Source: an uncultured Acidobacteriota bacterium (GTDB taxonomy: Bacteria > Acidobacteriota > Thermoanaerobaculia > Multivoradales > UBA5704). Taken from it: DNA of 64,000 nt. Below, in pieces: positions 18,901 to 25,859 of this stretch. Made by a program: the position numbers and the translations under genes. Location of the stretch: assembly GCA_963700145.1 (NCBI GenBank), contig OY969474.1:3008001-3072000 (forward strand). The letters run 5' to 3'. The notes beneath the pieces were generated by a model. It saw only the letters and a list, made by a program, of their open reading frames with translations, ran no database searches and had not been told where the DNA came from. Each line of letters opens with the position of its first letter. The stretch's first letter is position 1.

Positions 18901-19351
18901 GGAGGCGCGCGCCAGCCACAGCGTCGTCGGGCTCCTCCAGGCCCGCCTCGCCGCGGCGCGGGCGGCGGGGGCGGCCGGCGCCCGCGAGCTGGCGGCCGTC
19001 AAGGACGAAGCCGACCTCCTCGGCCACGCCGCGCTGCGCTTGGCCGCCGCCGAGGCACTTGCTGACGCGACCCTCGCGGCAGGCGACGCCGCCCGCGCCG
19101 AAAGCCTGGCGCGCGGGGCGCTAGGGATCGTCGGCGAGGGCGGCTACGCCGGCGAGCACCGCCTCCGCCTCCTCCTCGCGCAGGCGCTCGCGAAGCAGGG
19201 GCGGGGCGCCGAGGCCGAGCGCGAGCGCCAGCTCGGCCGCGCCGAGGTCGAGCGCTTGCGCCGCGAGCTGCCGGCCGGGCAGCGCGCCGCCTTCGAACGG
19301 CTCGCCGCCGTGCGGGCGCTCGCCGGAGAGGGGGCGCGCCGTGCCGCCTAA
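15920..19351 (+). CDS. Hanks-type Ser/Thr kinase with TM segment and long TPR array
   Basis: GVGGMGVVY, VAVK, HRDLKPAN, DFG, YLSPEQ, SDLYALG; one TM, a TolB-N/FlgO-like domain (AVAVLPL), then TPR repeats. Confidence 0.92.
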   Translation: MSAAPPDPGTDPGSAGGATRTSSDGPRRLAPGTLLAGRYRILELVGVGGMGVVYRALDEQLGVEVAVKTLRGELAPDEALLDRFRKELILARQVSHRNVVRIHDIGHDGPLHFLSMDFVPGRSLREVLEQEGPMPPERALAIGRQLAEALDTAHREGVVHRDLKPANVLIGDGDRAYVTDFGVARSLRSAGLTRPGSVIGTLDYLSPEQAKGEEVDGRSDLYALGLLLFEMLSGKLPFAGGTDTEVLAQRLAAQPRDLTELGVAAPRGLRAVLKRLLARDPADRYQTAGELLADLDRGITGLRPALRLPRRGRWAAAAALVLVALAAAGWLAWRRGLDRPDGAPAATAASPAKPRHAVAVLPLADQTGRPDLAWAGTGLAEMLAAALAESPELRVVDSARVLSTLADLKLPAGPLPAAQLRQLADLLDADRLVTGSLRAVGGRVRADLRLVAADLPDLPSEQVAAERGRAEEVLDLVAELGRALRARLTVEPVPEASEVASAVPAAAAAYAEGVGHLLRGEPLKAAPVLERATAADPAFAAAWVRLAHTQQALGHDDRALAAVRQALGRLQGSRSRLASEARALEARMAGDPERARRLQEELVARYPNDLEARVALAEARAEEGELAPAAAELRRVVALDPDHPRAWYLLGKYSIMTGQSRAAVDDHLVHAMVIQNRLGNEQGKAEVLNALGAAYNELGDHEAALRHYQQAAELRKKIGDDRGYAITLRNLADIYTVRGEGAKAEELLGEGLAILERIGDRTGIADLHNAFGVLAEERGDPQEALDHYRRALQERKALGERLGLAQSLNNVGFAYYLLGQYDNAMVYWRQALDLYRQAGDATGVVFATQSVGLLELAQGEWPRATRSFLSALEKSRELDMQDTTAVSLGHLGRLAHLQGRFAAALANYREALAVCQALEDRRGLAEFTLAEAEVYLDLGAPGEAARRLDAAARWIDEEGGNREQRAELLRLRGERALAAGDAAGARRDLAAAVAEARASHSVVGLLQARLAAARAAGAAGARELAAVKDEADLLGHAALRLAAAEALADATLAAGDAARAESLARGALGIVGEGGYAGEHRLRLLLAQALAKQGRGAEAERERQLGRAEVERLRRELPAGQRAAFERLAAVRALAGEGARRAA

Positions 19352-20141
19352 GGCGAGCCCGCCCGACCCGATGGCCGCCGTCGTCGAGCGGGTGCGCCGC
19401 ATCACCACTGAGAACGAGCGCGTCTTCCGCCAGTTGATCGAAGGCGAGCGGCGCTACCGCGGCCTGGCGCGCGCCGTCTGGCAGGTGCAGGAGGAGGAGC
19501 GGCGCCGCCTCGCCCGCGACCTCCACGACGGCCTCGGCCAGACCCTGACCGCGCTCAAGACCCAGCTCCAGCGGCTGGAGCAGAAAGCCGACGACCTCGA
19601 CCCCGCGCTGCGCGAGCGGCTGGCCGACTCGGTCGAGCTCGCGCGGCTCGCCCTCCAGGAGACGCGCGAGATGTCGCGCCTCCTCCGCCCGCCGGTGCTC
19701 GACGACCTCGGCCTCGTCCCCGCCCTCTCCTGGCTGGCGCGCTCGCTGGAGGAGCGGGCGGGGCTCGCGGTCGAGCTGCGGGCCGAGGGACTCGACCGCC
19801 GCCTGCCGCCCGACCTCGAGACCCTGATCTTCCGCGTCGCCCAGGAGGCGCTCACCAACGTCCTCAAGCACGCCGGCGTGTCGCGGGTGCGCGTGGCGCT
19901 CGCGCCGCGCGACGGCCGCATCGCCCTGACCGTCTCCGACCAGGGCGCCGGCTTCGACGCCGCGGCGGCGGCCGCGGTCGAGCGCCCCGGCTCCGGCCTG
20001 CGCGGCATGCGCGACCGGGTCGAGCTCTTCGGCGGCACCTTCCGCGTCGCCTCGGCGCCGGGCGAGGGGACGGAGGTCGAGGCCGAGATCCCGCTCGCCG
20101 GCGAGGGCGGCGAGGACGCGGGCGCGGAGGGCGGAGCGTGA
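19341..20141 (+). CDS. sensorless histidine kinase (HisKA_3 + HATPase)
   Basis: EERRRLARDLHDGLGQ, QEALTNVLKHA, DQGAGF, GSGLRGMRDRV; no TM or sensor domain. Confidence 0.92.
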   Translation: MPPKASPPDPMAAVVERVRRITTENERVFRQLIEGERRYRGLARAVWQVQEEERRRLARDLHDGLGQTLTALKTQLQRLEQKADDLDPALRERLADSVELARLALQETREMSRLLRPPVLDDLGLVPALSWLARSLEERAGLAVELRAEGLDRRLPPDLETLIFRVAQEALTNVLKHAGVSRVRVALAPRDGRIALTVSDQGAGFDAAAAAAVERPGSGLRGMRDRVELFGGTFRVASAPGEGTEVEAEIPLAGEGGEDAGAEGGA

Positions 20142-20782
20142 GCCGCGTCCGGGTGCTGGTGGCCGACGACCACACGATCGTCCGCCAGGGGCTGGTGTCG
20201 CTGCTCAACGAGAGCGGCGAGTGCGAGGTCGTGGCCGAGGCCGCCGACGGTGTCGAGGCGCTCGAGAAGGCGCATGCCGTCCGCCCCGAGGTGGCCGTCC
20301 TCGACCTCTCGATGCCGCGCCTCTCCGGCATCGAAGTGGTCCGCCGCCTGCGCGAAGAGCTGCCGGGCGTCCGCGTCCTCGTCCTGACCGTCCACGAGGA
20401 GGAGGAGTACGTCCTGCCGATCGTGCGCGCCGGCGCCGCCGGCTACCTAGTCAAGGACAGTGCCGCCGCCGAGCTCCTCGCCGCGGTCCGCGCCCTCCGC
20501 GCCGGCCGAAGTTACTTCGGCCCGCAGGCGGCGCGCGCCCTCGCCGAGCAGCTCCAGCACCCTGCCGGCTCCCCGGAGGACCCCTACGGCACCCTCACTC
20601 CCCGCGAGCGCGAGGTCTTTCACCTAGTGATCGAAGGCAAGACGACGAAAGAGATCGCCCGCGCCCTCGGCATCAGCCTCAAGACCGCCGACAACCACCG
20701 CTCCCGCGTCCTCGCCAAGCTCAACCTCCACAACACCGCCGAGCTCGTCCGCTACGCCGCGCGGAAAGGACTGCTGCCGTAG
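20138..20782 (+). CDS. NarL/LuxR family response regulator
   Basis: VADDH, LDLSMP receiver; LTPREREV...KEIA HTH. Confidence 0.94.
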   Translation: MSRVRVLVADDHTIVRQGLVSLLNESGECEVVAEAADGVEALEKAHAVRPEVAVLDLSMPRLSGIEVVRRLREELPGVRVLVLTVHEEEEYVLPIVRAGAAGYLVKDSAAAELLAAVRALRAGRSYFGPQAARALAEQLQHPAGSPEDPYGTLTPREREVFHLVIEGKTTKEIARALGISLKTADNHRSRVLAKLNLHNTAELVRYAARKGLLP

Positions 20783-20811
20783 CAGCGCCAACTCACTTAC
20801 CGGGGGGAACG

Positions 20812-22545
20812 ATGAGACACGCCACGCTGGCCCTTGTCGTGTCGTTGCTGCTGTGCGCGCCGGCCGCGGCCCAGCACCACGGGCGCTACGGCGAGACGGC
20901 CGCCGCGACCTATTCGCCCTGCAAGCCCCATGAGGATCCGTTGGTAGACGTGCAGCCGGCGGATCTCAAGTTCCACGTCACCGCGCCGCAGGAGATCCAG
21001 CACCTCATGAACCAGGGTCTGACCCTGTTCTACGCGTTCAACTACGACCACGCCTTCATCAAGTTTTCGCAGGCGGCGGCCGCGCGCGAAGGAGCCAAAG
21101 TGGCCATGACCCATTGGGGGGTCGCCCTGGCCGCCGGCGCCAACATCAACATCGGGATGGACGACACGTGCCGGGACAAGGCCATCGCGGCCATCAAAGA
21201 GGCCGTTCGGCTGGCCAAGGAACAGCAAGGCACGCCGCTGATCACGCAGCAGGAAATCGACTACATCCAGGCGTTGGAGATGCGATACCTGCACGCCGAC
21301 AAGGCGACCATCCCGCTCGACGCCGAGTACAAGGTCGCCATGGAGCGCCTGATCGGACCGAAGAAGTATCCCGACGATCCAAACGTGCTCACGCTGTACG
21401 CGGACAGCGTGATGGAGCTGAGGCCGTGGGGCCTGTACGACGTGGCGGCACGGCCGGCGATCGAGACGGAAGAGATGGTCAAAAAGCTCGAGCACGCGAT
21501 CGCCAAGCAGAAAGAGCATCTCGGGGCCAATCACTACTACATCCACGCCGTCGAGCCGTCCCTGACTCCCGAGCGAGCGCGGGACTCGGCGGACCGCTTG
21601 GCGGCGCTCTTCCCCCAAGGCGGCCACATCCAACACATGCCCGGCCACATCTACATGCGGCAGGGCTTGTACGACAAAGTCGTGGCAAACAATCTGGAAG
21701 CGATCAAAAAGGACCAGGAGTACTTGAAGGTGTGTCCGGGCCCGAAGTGCCTCGCCTTGTACACCGGCCACTACTTGAGCCACAACATCCTGTTCCTGAT
21801 CGCCGGCCACACCATGTTGGGACAGGAGGCGCCGGCGACCGGGAACGCCGACTCGCTCAGGACGGTCGCCGAGAAGTTCGTCGACGATCAGCCGGGGCTC
21901 GAGCGCTACATGACCGCCGGGATCTTCACGCGGGCCACCTTCCATCGCTGGGATCAACTCCCCACGAGGCAGCCGGCGGACAAGTATCCGTTGGCCCTGG
22001 CGGTGTGGCACTGGGGAAAGGGGATGGCGTTTGCCGGTCAGGGCAACGTCATCAACGCCGAGGGCGAGCTCACGACCTTTGCGCAGCTCGCCGGAGCGGT
22101 GAGCGGGCGGTCCTGGGGCAACAACACCGCGGACAGCCTGCTGCGGATCGCACAGCAGACCCTCAGGGCCAGGATCTCGACCGCCAAAAAGAATCTTCCC
22201 GCGGCGATCGAAGCCCTGAAGGTCGCCGTGACCCTCGAGGATGGCCTCATCTACGACGAGCCTCCCCCCTCGATCTACCCGGCGCGGCAGTCGCTAGGCG
22301 GCGCGCTGCTGGCGGACAAGCAGTACGCGGAGGCCGAGAAGTACTTCAGGCAGGACCTCGAGAAGCCGCGATTCCCGGACAACGGGCGCTCCAACTACGG
22401 GCTCGCCGTCAGCGTGAAATGCCAGGACCCAAAAAAAGACTGGCAGACTGCCTACCAGAAGTACAAGGATCTCTGGAAAGGCGCCCCGTTGACGGTCGCC
22501 GCCTTGTGGTCCGATCTCAACGAGCCGTGCGCCAAGATGCCGTAG
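20812..22545 (+). CDS. secreted TPR-repeat protein with His motifs
   Basis: Signal peptide, QGLTLFYAFN, HYYIHAVE, HMPGHIY, YDEPP motifs; more A-rich codon usage than neighbours. Confidence 0.75.
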   Translation: MRHATLALVVSLLLCAPAAAQHHGRYGETAAATYSPCKPHEDPLVDVQPADLKFHVTAPQEIQHLMNQGLTLFYAFNYDHAFIKFSQAAAAREGAKVAMTHWGVALAAGANINIGMDDTCRDKAIAAIKEAVRLAKEQQGTPLITQQEIDYIQALEMRYLHADKATIPLDAEYKVAMERLIGPKKYPDDPNVLTLYADSVMELRPWGLYDVAARPAIETEEMVKKLEHAIAKQKEHLGANHYYIHAVEPSLTPERARDSADRLAALFPQGGHIQHMPGHIYMRQGLYDKVVANNLEAIKKDQEYLKVCPGPKCLALYTGHYLSHNILFLIAGHTMLGQEAPATGNADSLRTVAEKFVDDQPGLERYMTAGIFTRATFHRWDQLPTRQPADKYPLALAVWHWGKGMAFAGQGNVINAEGELTTFAQLAGAVSGRSWGNNTADSLLRIAQQTLRARISTAKKNLPAAIEALKVAVTLEDGLIYDEPPPSIYPARQSLGGALLADKQYAEAEKYFRQDLEKPRFPDNGRSNYGLAVSVKCQDPKKDWQTAYQKYKDLWKGAPLTVAALWSDLNEPCAKMP

Positions 22546-22555
22546 GGGAGACGCC

Positions 22556-22828
22556 ATGTACGCCGCCGTCGTGACCTTGTCGATCGACCCGGAGCAGGCG
22601 CCGGCCGCCGCCGCCGCCTTCACCAACGACATCCTGCCGAGGATCCGCTCCGCCCCCGGCCTCGTCGCCGGCTACTGGCTCGACCCCGCCGACGACCGCG
22701 GCCTGGCCTTCGTCGTCTTCGACACCGAGGAGAACGCGCGCCAATCGACTCCCCCGACGGCCGACTGGTCCGCACCCGGCGTCACGATCCACGGGGTCGA
22801 GCTCCGGCGGGTGGCGGTCAGGGTGTAG
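22556..22828 (+). CDS. small dimeric alpha-beta barrel (ABM-like) protein
   Basis: GGGGAG RBS; ILPRIRSAPGLVAGYWL...FVVFDTEENAR pattern. Confidence 0.6.
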   Translation: MYAAVVTLSIDPEQAPAAAAAFTNDILPRIRSAPGLVAGYWLDPADDRGLAFVVFDTEENARQSTPPTADWSAPGVTIHGVELRRVAVRV

Positions 22829-22968
22829 GTAGTGCCCGCAGCCGCGGCTACCGCCGCTTGGTCCCGGACCTCGCGGGCCGGGCGGTGCGCCGCCGTCGGA
22901 GGGCCGATCTAGGTGTTGTTACCGTTCGAAACGCCTCCGAGCGCGCCAAACTGGCGTGCGAGGGCCGC

Positions 22969-23034
22969 GCAATCGAGTGCGGAGCCGCCGCAATGGATTG
23001 CGGAGCCGGCGCAATCGAATGCGGAGCCGCCGCA
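22969..23034. repeat. 21-bp tandem repeat x3 with palindromic core
   Basis: GCAATCGAGTGCGGAGCCGCC / GCAATGGATTGCGGAGCCGGC / GCAATCGAATGCGGAGCCGCC. Confidence 0.8.
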
Positions 23035-23140
23035 GGCCATTGGAGGGGCGCCGGAAGGCATCACCAGGTGGAACGCGGGCGTCAGGCTGCCTTCTGGAGG
23101 GCCACCGCGAACTCCAGCGCCCGCGCTACGATCCGCGGCC

Positions 23141-25513
23141 ATGCCACCGCTCCGCCTCCGCCGTCTCCTCGCAGGCGCGCTGCTGCTGGCGCTCGCGGCG
23201 CCGCTAGCCGCGGCCGAGCCCGCGCCGGACCCGGAGGTCGCCTGGCTGCGCACCGGGGCGGTCGCCTTGCGCTCGATCGCGCCGGACGACGGCGACTTCT
23301 CGGACCTCGAGCCGCTGCGCGCCGTCCTCGCCGGCAAGCGCGTCGTCATCCTCGGCGAAGCCACCCATCGCGACGGCAACACGCTCCTGGCCAAGGCCCG
23401 CCTCATCCGCTTCCTGCACCAGGAGCTGGGCTTCGACGTGCTGGCCTTCGAGAGCGGCTTCTACGACTGCGCGAAGGCCTGGGAGCGCATCGTCGCCGGC
23501 GACGACCCGGCGCAGGCCTTCCGCGATTCCGTCTTCGCGATCTGGACGCGAAGCGCCCAGATGAAGCCGCTCATCGACTACTTCGCCGCCGCGGCGCGCT
23601 CGCCGCGGCCGCTGCAGCTAGCCGGGTTCGACTCCCAGTTCACCGGCGTGATGTCCGATCGCCACCTGCTCGCCGACCTGACGCGCGTGGCGGCGGCCGC
23701 GGGGCTGCCCGGCGAGGAGCTCGCCGCCAAGGTCTCCGCGCCGCTGGCGAACCTGGTCCTCGGGAAGTACGAGGAGGGTGAGGTGCCGCCGGAGGCCGCC
23801 CGCGCCGGGTTCGACGCGACGCTCGCCGAGCTGGCGCGCCGCCTGCGCGCGGGCGGCGACGACATCCCGGAGCGGGAGTTCTGGCTGCGCTTCGTCGAGA
23901 CCACCCGCCAGCACGGCGCCAACTCCTGGGCGACCGACTGGAGCAAGCCGCTGCTGGAGGACCCGGAGGGGTTCGCCGTGCGCGACCGCCTCATGGGCGA
24001 GCAGCTCGCCTGGCTCGCCCGCCACCGTTTCGCCGGCCGCAAGATCGTGGCCTGGGCGGCCAGCTTCCACGGCGCGCTGGAGGTGGCCAAGATCGAGGTG
24101 CCGTCGTCGCCGGTCCACGAACGCCTCTTCCGCACCTTCCAGCCGGCGGGCCTGTCGGCGCGCAAGGAGCTGGGCGACGAGCTCTACACCGTCGCAGTCC
24201 TCGCCTACCAGGGCAAGTACGGGCCGGCCCAGAAGCCGACCGAGCTGCTGCAGCCGACCGCGGGCTCGCTCGAGGACCTCTTCCACCGCACCGGCCTGCC
24301 CTACGCCTTCCTCGACCTCAGCCGCGCCGCGCGCCTCCCCCAATGGCTGCGCGACCCCACGATCGCCCGCCCCATGGGCTACAAGGAGATGCGCGCCCCC
24401 TGGGGCCGCGTCTTCGACGGGGTCCTGTTCCTCGACAAGATGGAGGTCGCCGAGAAGGCGGAGCCTCCGCCGGCTGACGACCGCACGCAGGCGTTCCTGG
24501 AGAGCACCCTCGAGACGGCGCTGCGCACGCACGGCTATCCGGCCGCCGCGGCCGCCGTGATCACCAGCCGGGACATCCACGTCGCGGCGCTCGGCACGCG
24601 CCGGGTGGACCGGCCGGACCGGGTCACACTCGACGACCGCTTCGGGCTCGGCTCCAACACCAAGGCGTTCACCGCGACGATGCTGGGTGCGTTGGTCGAG
24701 CGCAGCGTGCTGCGCTGGGAGGTGACGCTGGCCGAGGCGCTGCCCGACGTGGCGATGCGCCCGGAGTACCGGAGCGTGACGCTGCGCCAACTGCTGACCC
24801 ATCGCGCCGGCATCCCGCCGCACACCTCGGCCGAGGCGTTCGCGCGCGCCGAGTCGTTCGTCACCGCGGACCCCGTCGCCGGCCGGCGGGCGTACACGGA
24901 GGCCGTGCTCTCCGAGCCGCCGGTCAACGTTCCGGGGACGGAGACGCGCTACTCCAACGCCGACTTCTCGGTCGCTTCCTTGATCGCCGAGCGCGCGACC
25001 GGCAAGAGCTGGCGGGACCTCATCGCCGAGCACGCCTGCCGGCCGCTCGGGATCGAGCCGAGCTTCGGGGCCCCGGCCGCCACCGACCCGCACCAGCCCT
25101 GGGGGCACTCGCGCGCGTCGGGCGAGCTGACGCCGATCGACCCGACCGCGGCGCGCCGCTCGGCGATGGAGGGCGCCGGCGGGCTGAGCCTCTCGATCGA
25201 GAACTACAGCCGCTTCCTCCAGGCCCACCTCCGCGGCCTGCGCGGCGAGGACACGCCGCTGCTGCGCGCGGCGACCGTGCGCGAGCTGCACCGGCCCGAC
25301 GGCCGCTACGGCCTCGGCTGGGGAATCCAGGAGTACGCCGGGGCGACCAGCAGCGTCCACGCCGGCGGCAACGGCCAGTTCTACGCCCTGGTGGCGATCC
25401 AGCCCGCGCGCGACGTCGCCGTCGCCTTCCTGACCAACGACGGCGGCGACGATGTCGAGGCCCAGGCCTCCGCCATCCTCAAGACCCTCCTCGCCGGTCC
25501 GCCCACGGGCTAG
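23141..25513 (+). CDS. secreted erythromycin-esterase-family domain fused to a serine hydrolase (beta-lactamase class C/PBP fold)
   Basis: Signal peptide; LGEATH, FLHQELGF..LAFES, WAASFH, FDG; second domain GSNTK (SxxK), YSN, HAG. Confidence 0.85.
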   Translation: MPPLRLRRLLAGALLLALAAPLAAAEPAPDPEVAWLRTGAVALRSIAPDDGDFSDLEPLRAVLAGKRVVILGEATHRDGNTLLAKARLIRFLHQELGFDVLAFESGFYDCAKAWERIVAGDDPAQAFRDSVFAIWTRSAQMKPLIDYFAAAARSPRPLQLAGFDSQFTGVMSDRHLLADLTRVAAAAGLPGEELAAKVSAPLANLVLGKYEEGEVPPEAARAGFDATLAELARRLRAGGDDIPEREFWLRFVETTRQHGANSWATDWSKPLLEDPEGFAVRDRLMGEQLAWLARHRFAGRKIVAWAASFHGALEVAKIEVPSSPVHERLFRTFQPAGLSARKELGDELYTVAVLAYQGKYGPAQKPTELLQPTAGSLEDLFHRTGLPYAFLDLSRAARLPQWLRDPTIARPMGYKEMRAPWGRVFDGVLFLDKMEVAEKAEPPPADDRTQAFLESTLETALRTHGYPAAAAAVITSRDIHVAALGTRRVDRPDRVTLDDRFGLGSNTKAFTATMLGALVERSVLRWEVTLAEALPDVAMRPEYRSVTLRQLLTHRAGIPPHTSAEAFARAESFVTADPVAGRRAYTEAVLSEPPVNVPGTETRYSNADFSVASLIAERATGKSWRDLIAEHACRPLGIEPSFGAPAATDPHQPWGHSRASGELTPIDPTAARRSAMEGAGGLSLSIENYSRFLQAHLRGLRGEDTPLLRAATVRELHRPDGRYGLGWGIQEYAGATSSVHAGGNGQFYALVAIQPARDVAVAFLTNDGGDDVEAQASAILKTLLAGPPTG

Positions 25514-25572
25514 GGTGGGACGCTCGCCTGTCCTCAGGATGCGGTTCGGCGGCAACTACTAGGAGGAGGCAC

Positions 25573-25848
25573 GTGGGCCGACGACCGAAGGAGAATCCCA
25601 ATGCCCAAGGCTCTGGTACTCGTCCTGTTGTTATGGCAGGCGCCCTTCTGTCCTTCCCGGCAAGCTTGGATGCAGAGTGCGGTGACGACCCGTGGCTCAC
25701 CTGCGACTCCAAGTGCAAGTACCACGAGGATGGATCGTATTGCCAGCCCGGCGCCTCGCCCGGAGGCTGGTGCACCTACGTCGGCGGCGCGGGCTGCATG
25801 GGCGGGGCGGGCAGGCATCCCTGCTGTCGGGGAGTAAGCCTCTTCTAG
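25573..25848 (+). CDS. small 8-Cys peptide, probably secreted; possible 1-nt frameshift near 25628
   Basis: Mature part ECGDDPWLTCDSKCKYHEDGSYCQPGASPGGWCTYVGGAGCMGGAGRHPCCRGVSLF; two RBS-like motifs (AGGAGG before GTG 25573, AAGGAG before ATG 25601). Confidence 0.55.
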   Translation: MGRRPKENPNAQGSGTRPVVMAGALLSFPASLDAECGDDPWLTCDSKCKYHEDGSYCQPGASPGGWCTYVGGAGCMGGAGRHPCCRGVSLF

Positions 25849-25859
25849 AGCGCAGCCGG

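Noticed and set aside
23141-25513. Bona fide antibiotic resistance gene (ere/ampC)
   Set aside because: Only fold-level motifs are visible; substrate cannot be inferred from them.
25573-25848. RiPP (ranthipeptide/lanthipeptide) cluster
   Set aside because: No radical SAM, LanM/LanC, YcaO or peptidase-transporter nearby; a Sec-like signal favours a disulfide peptide.
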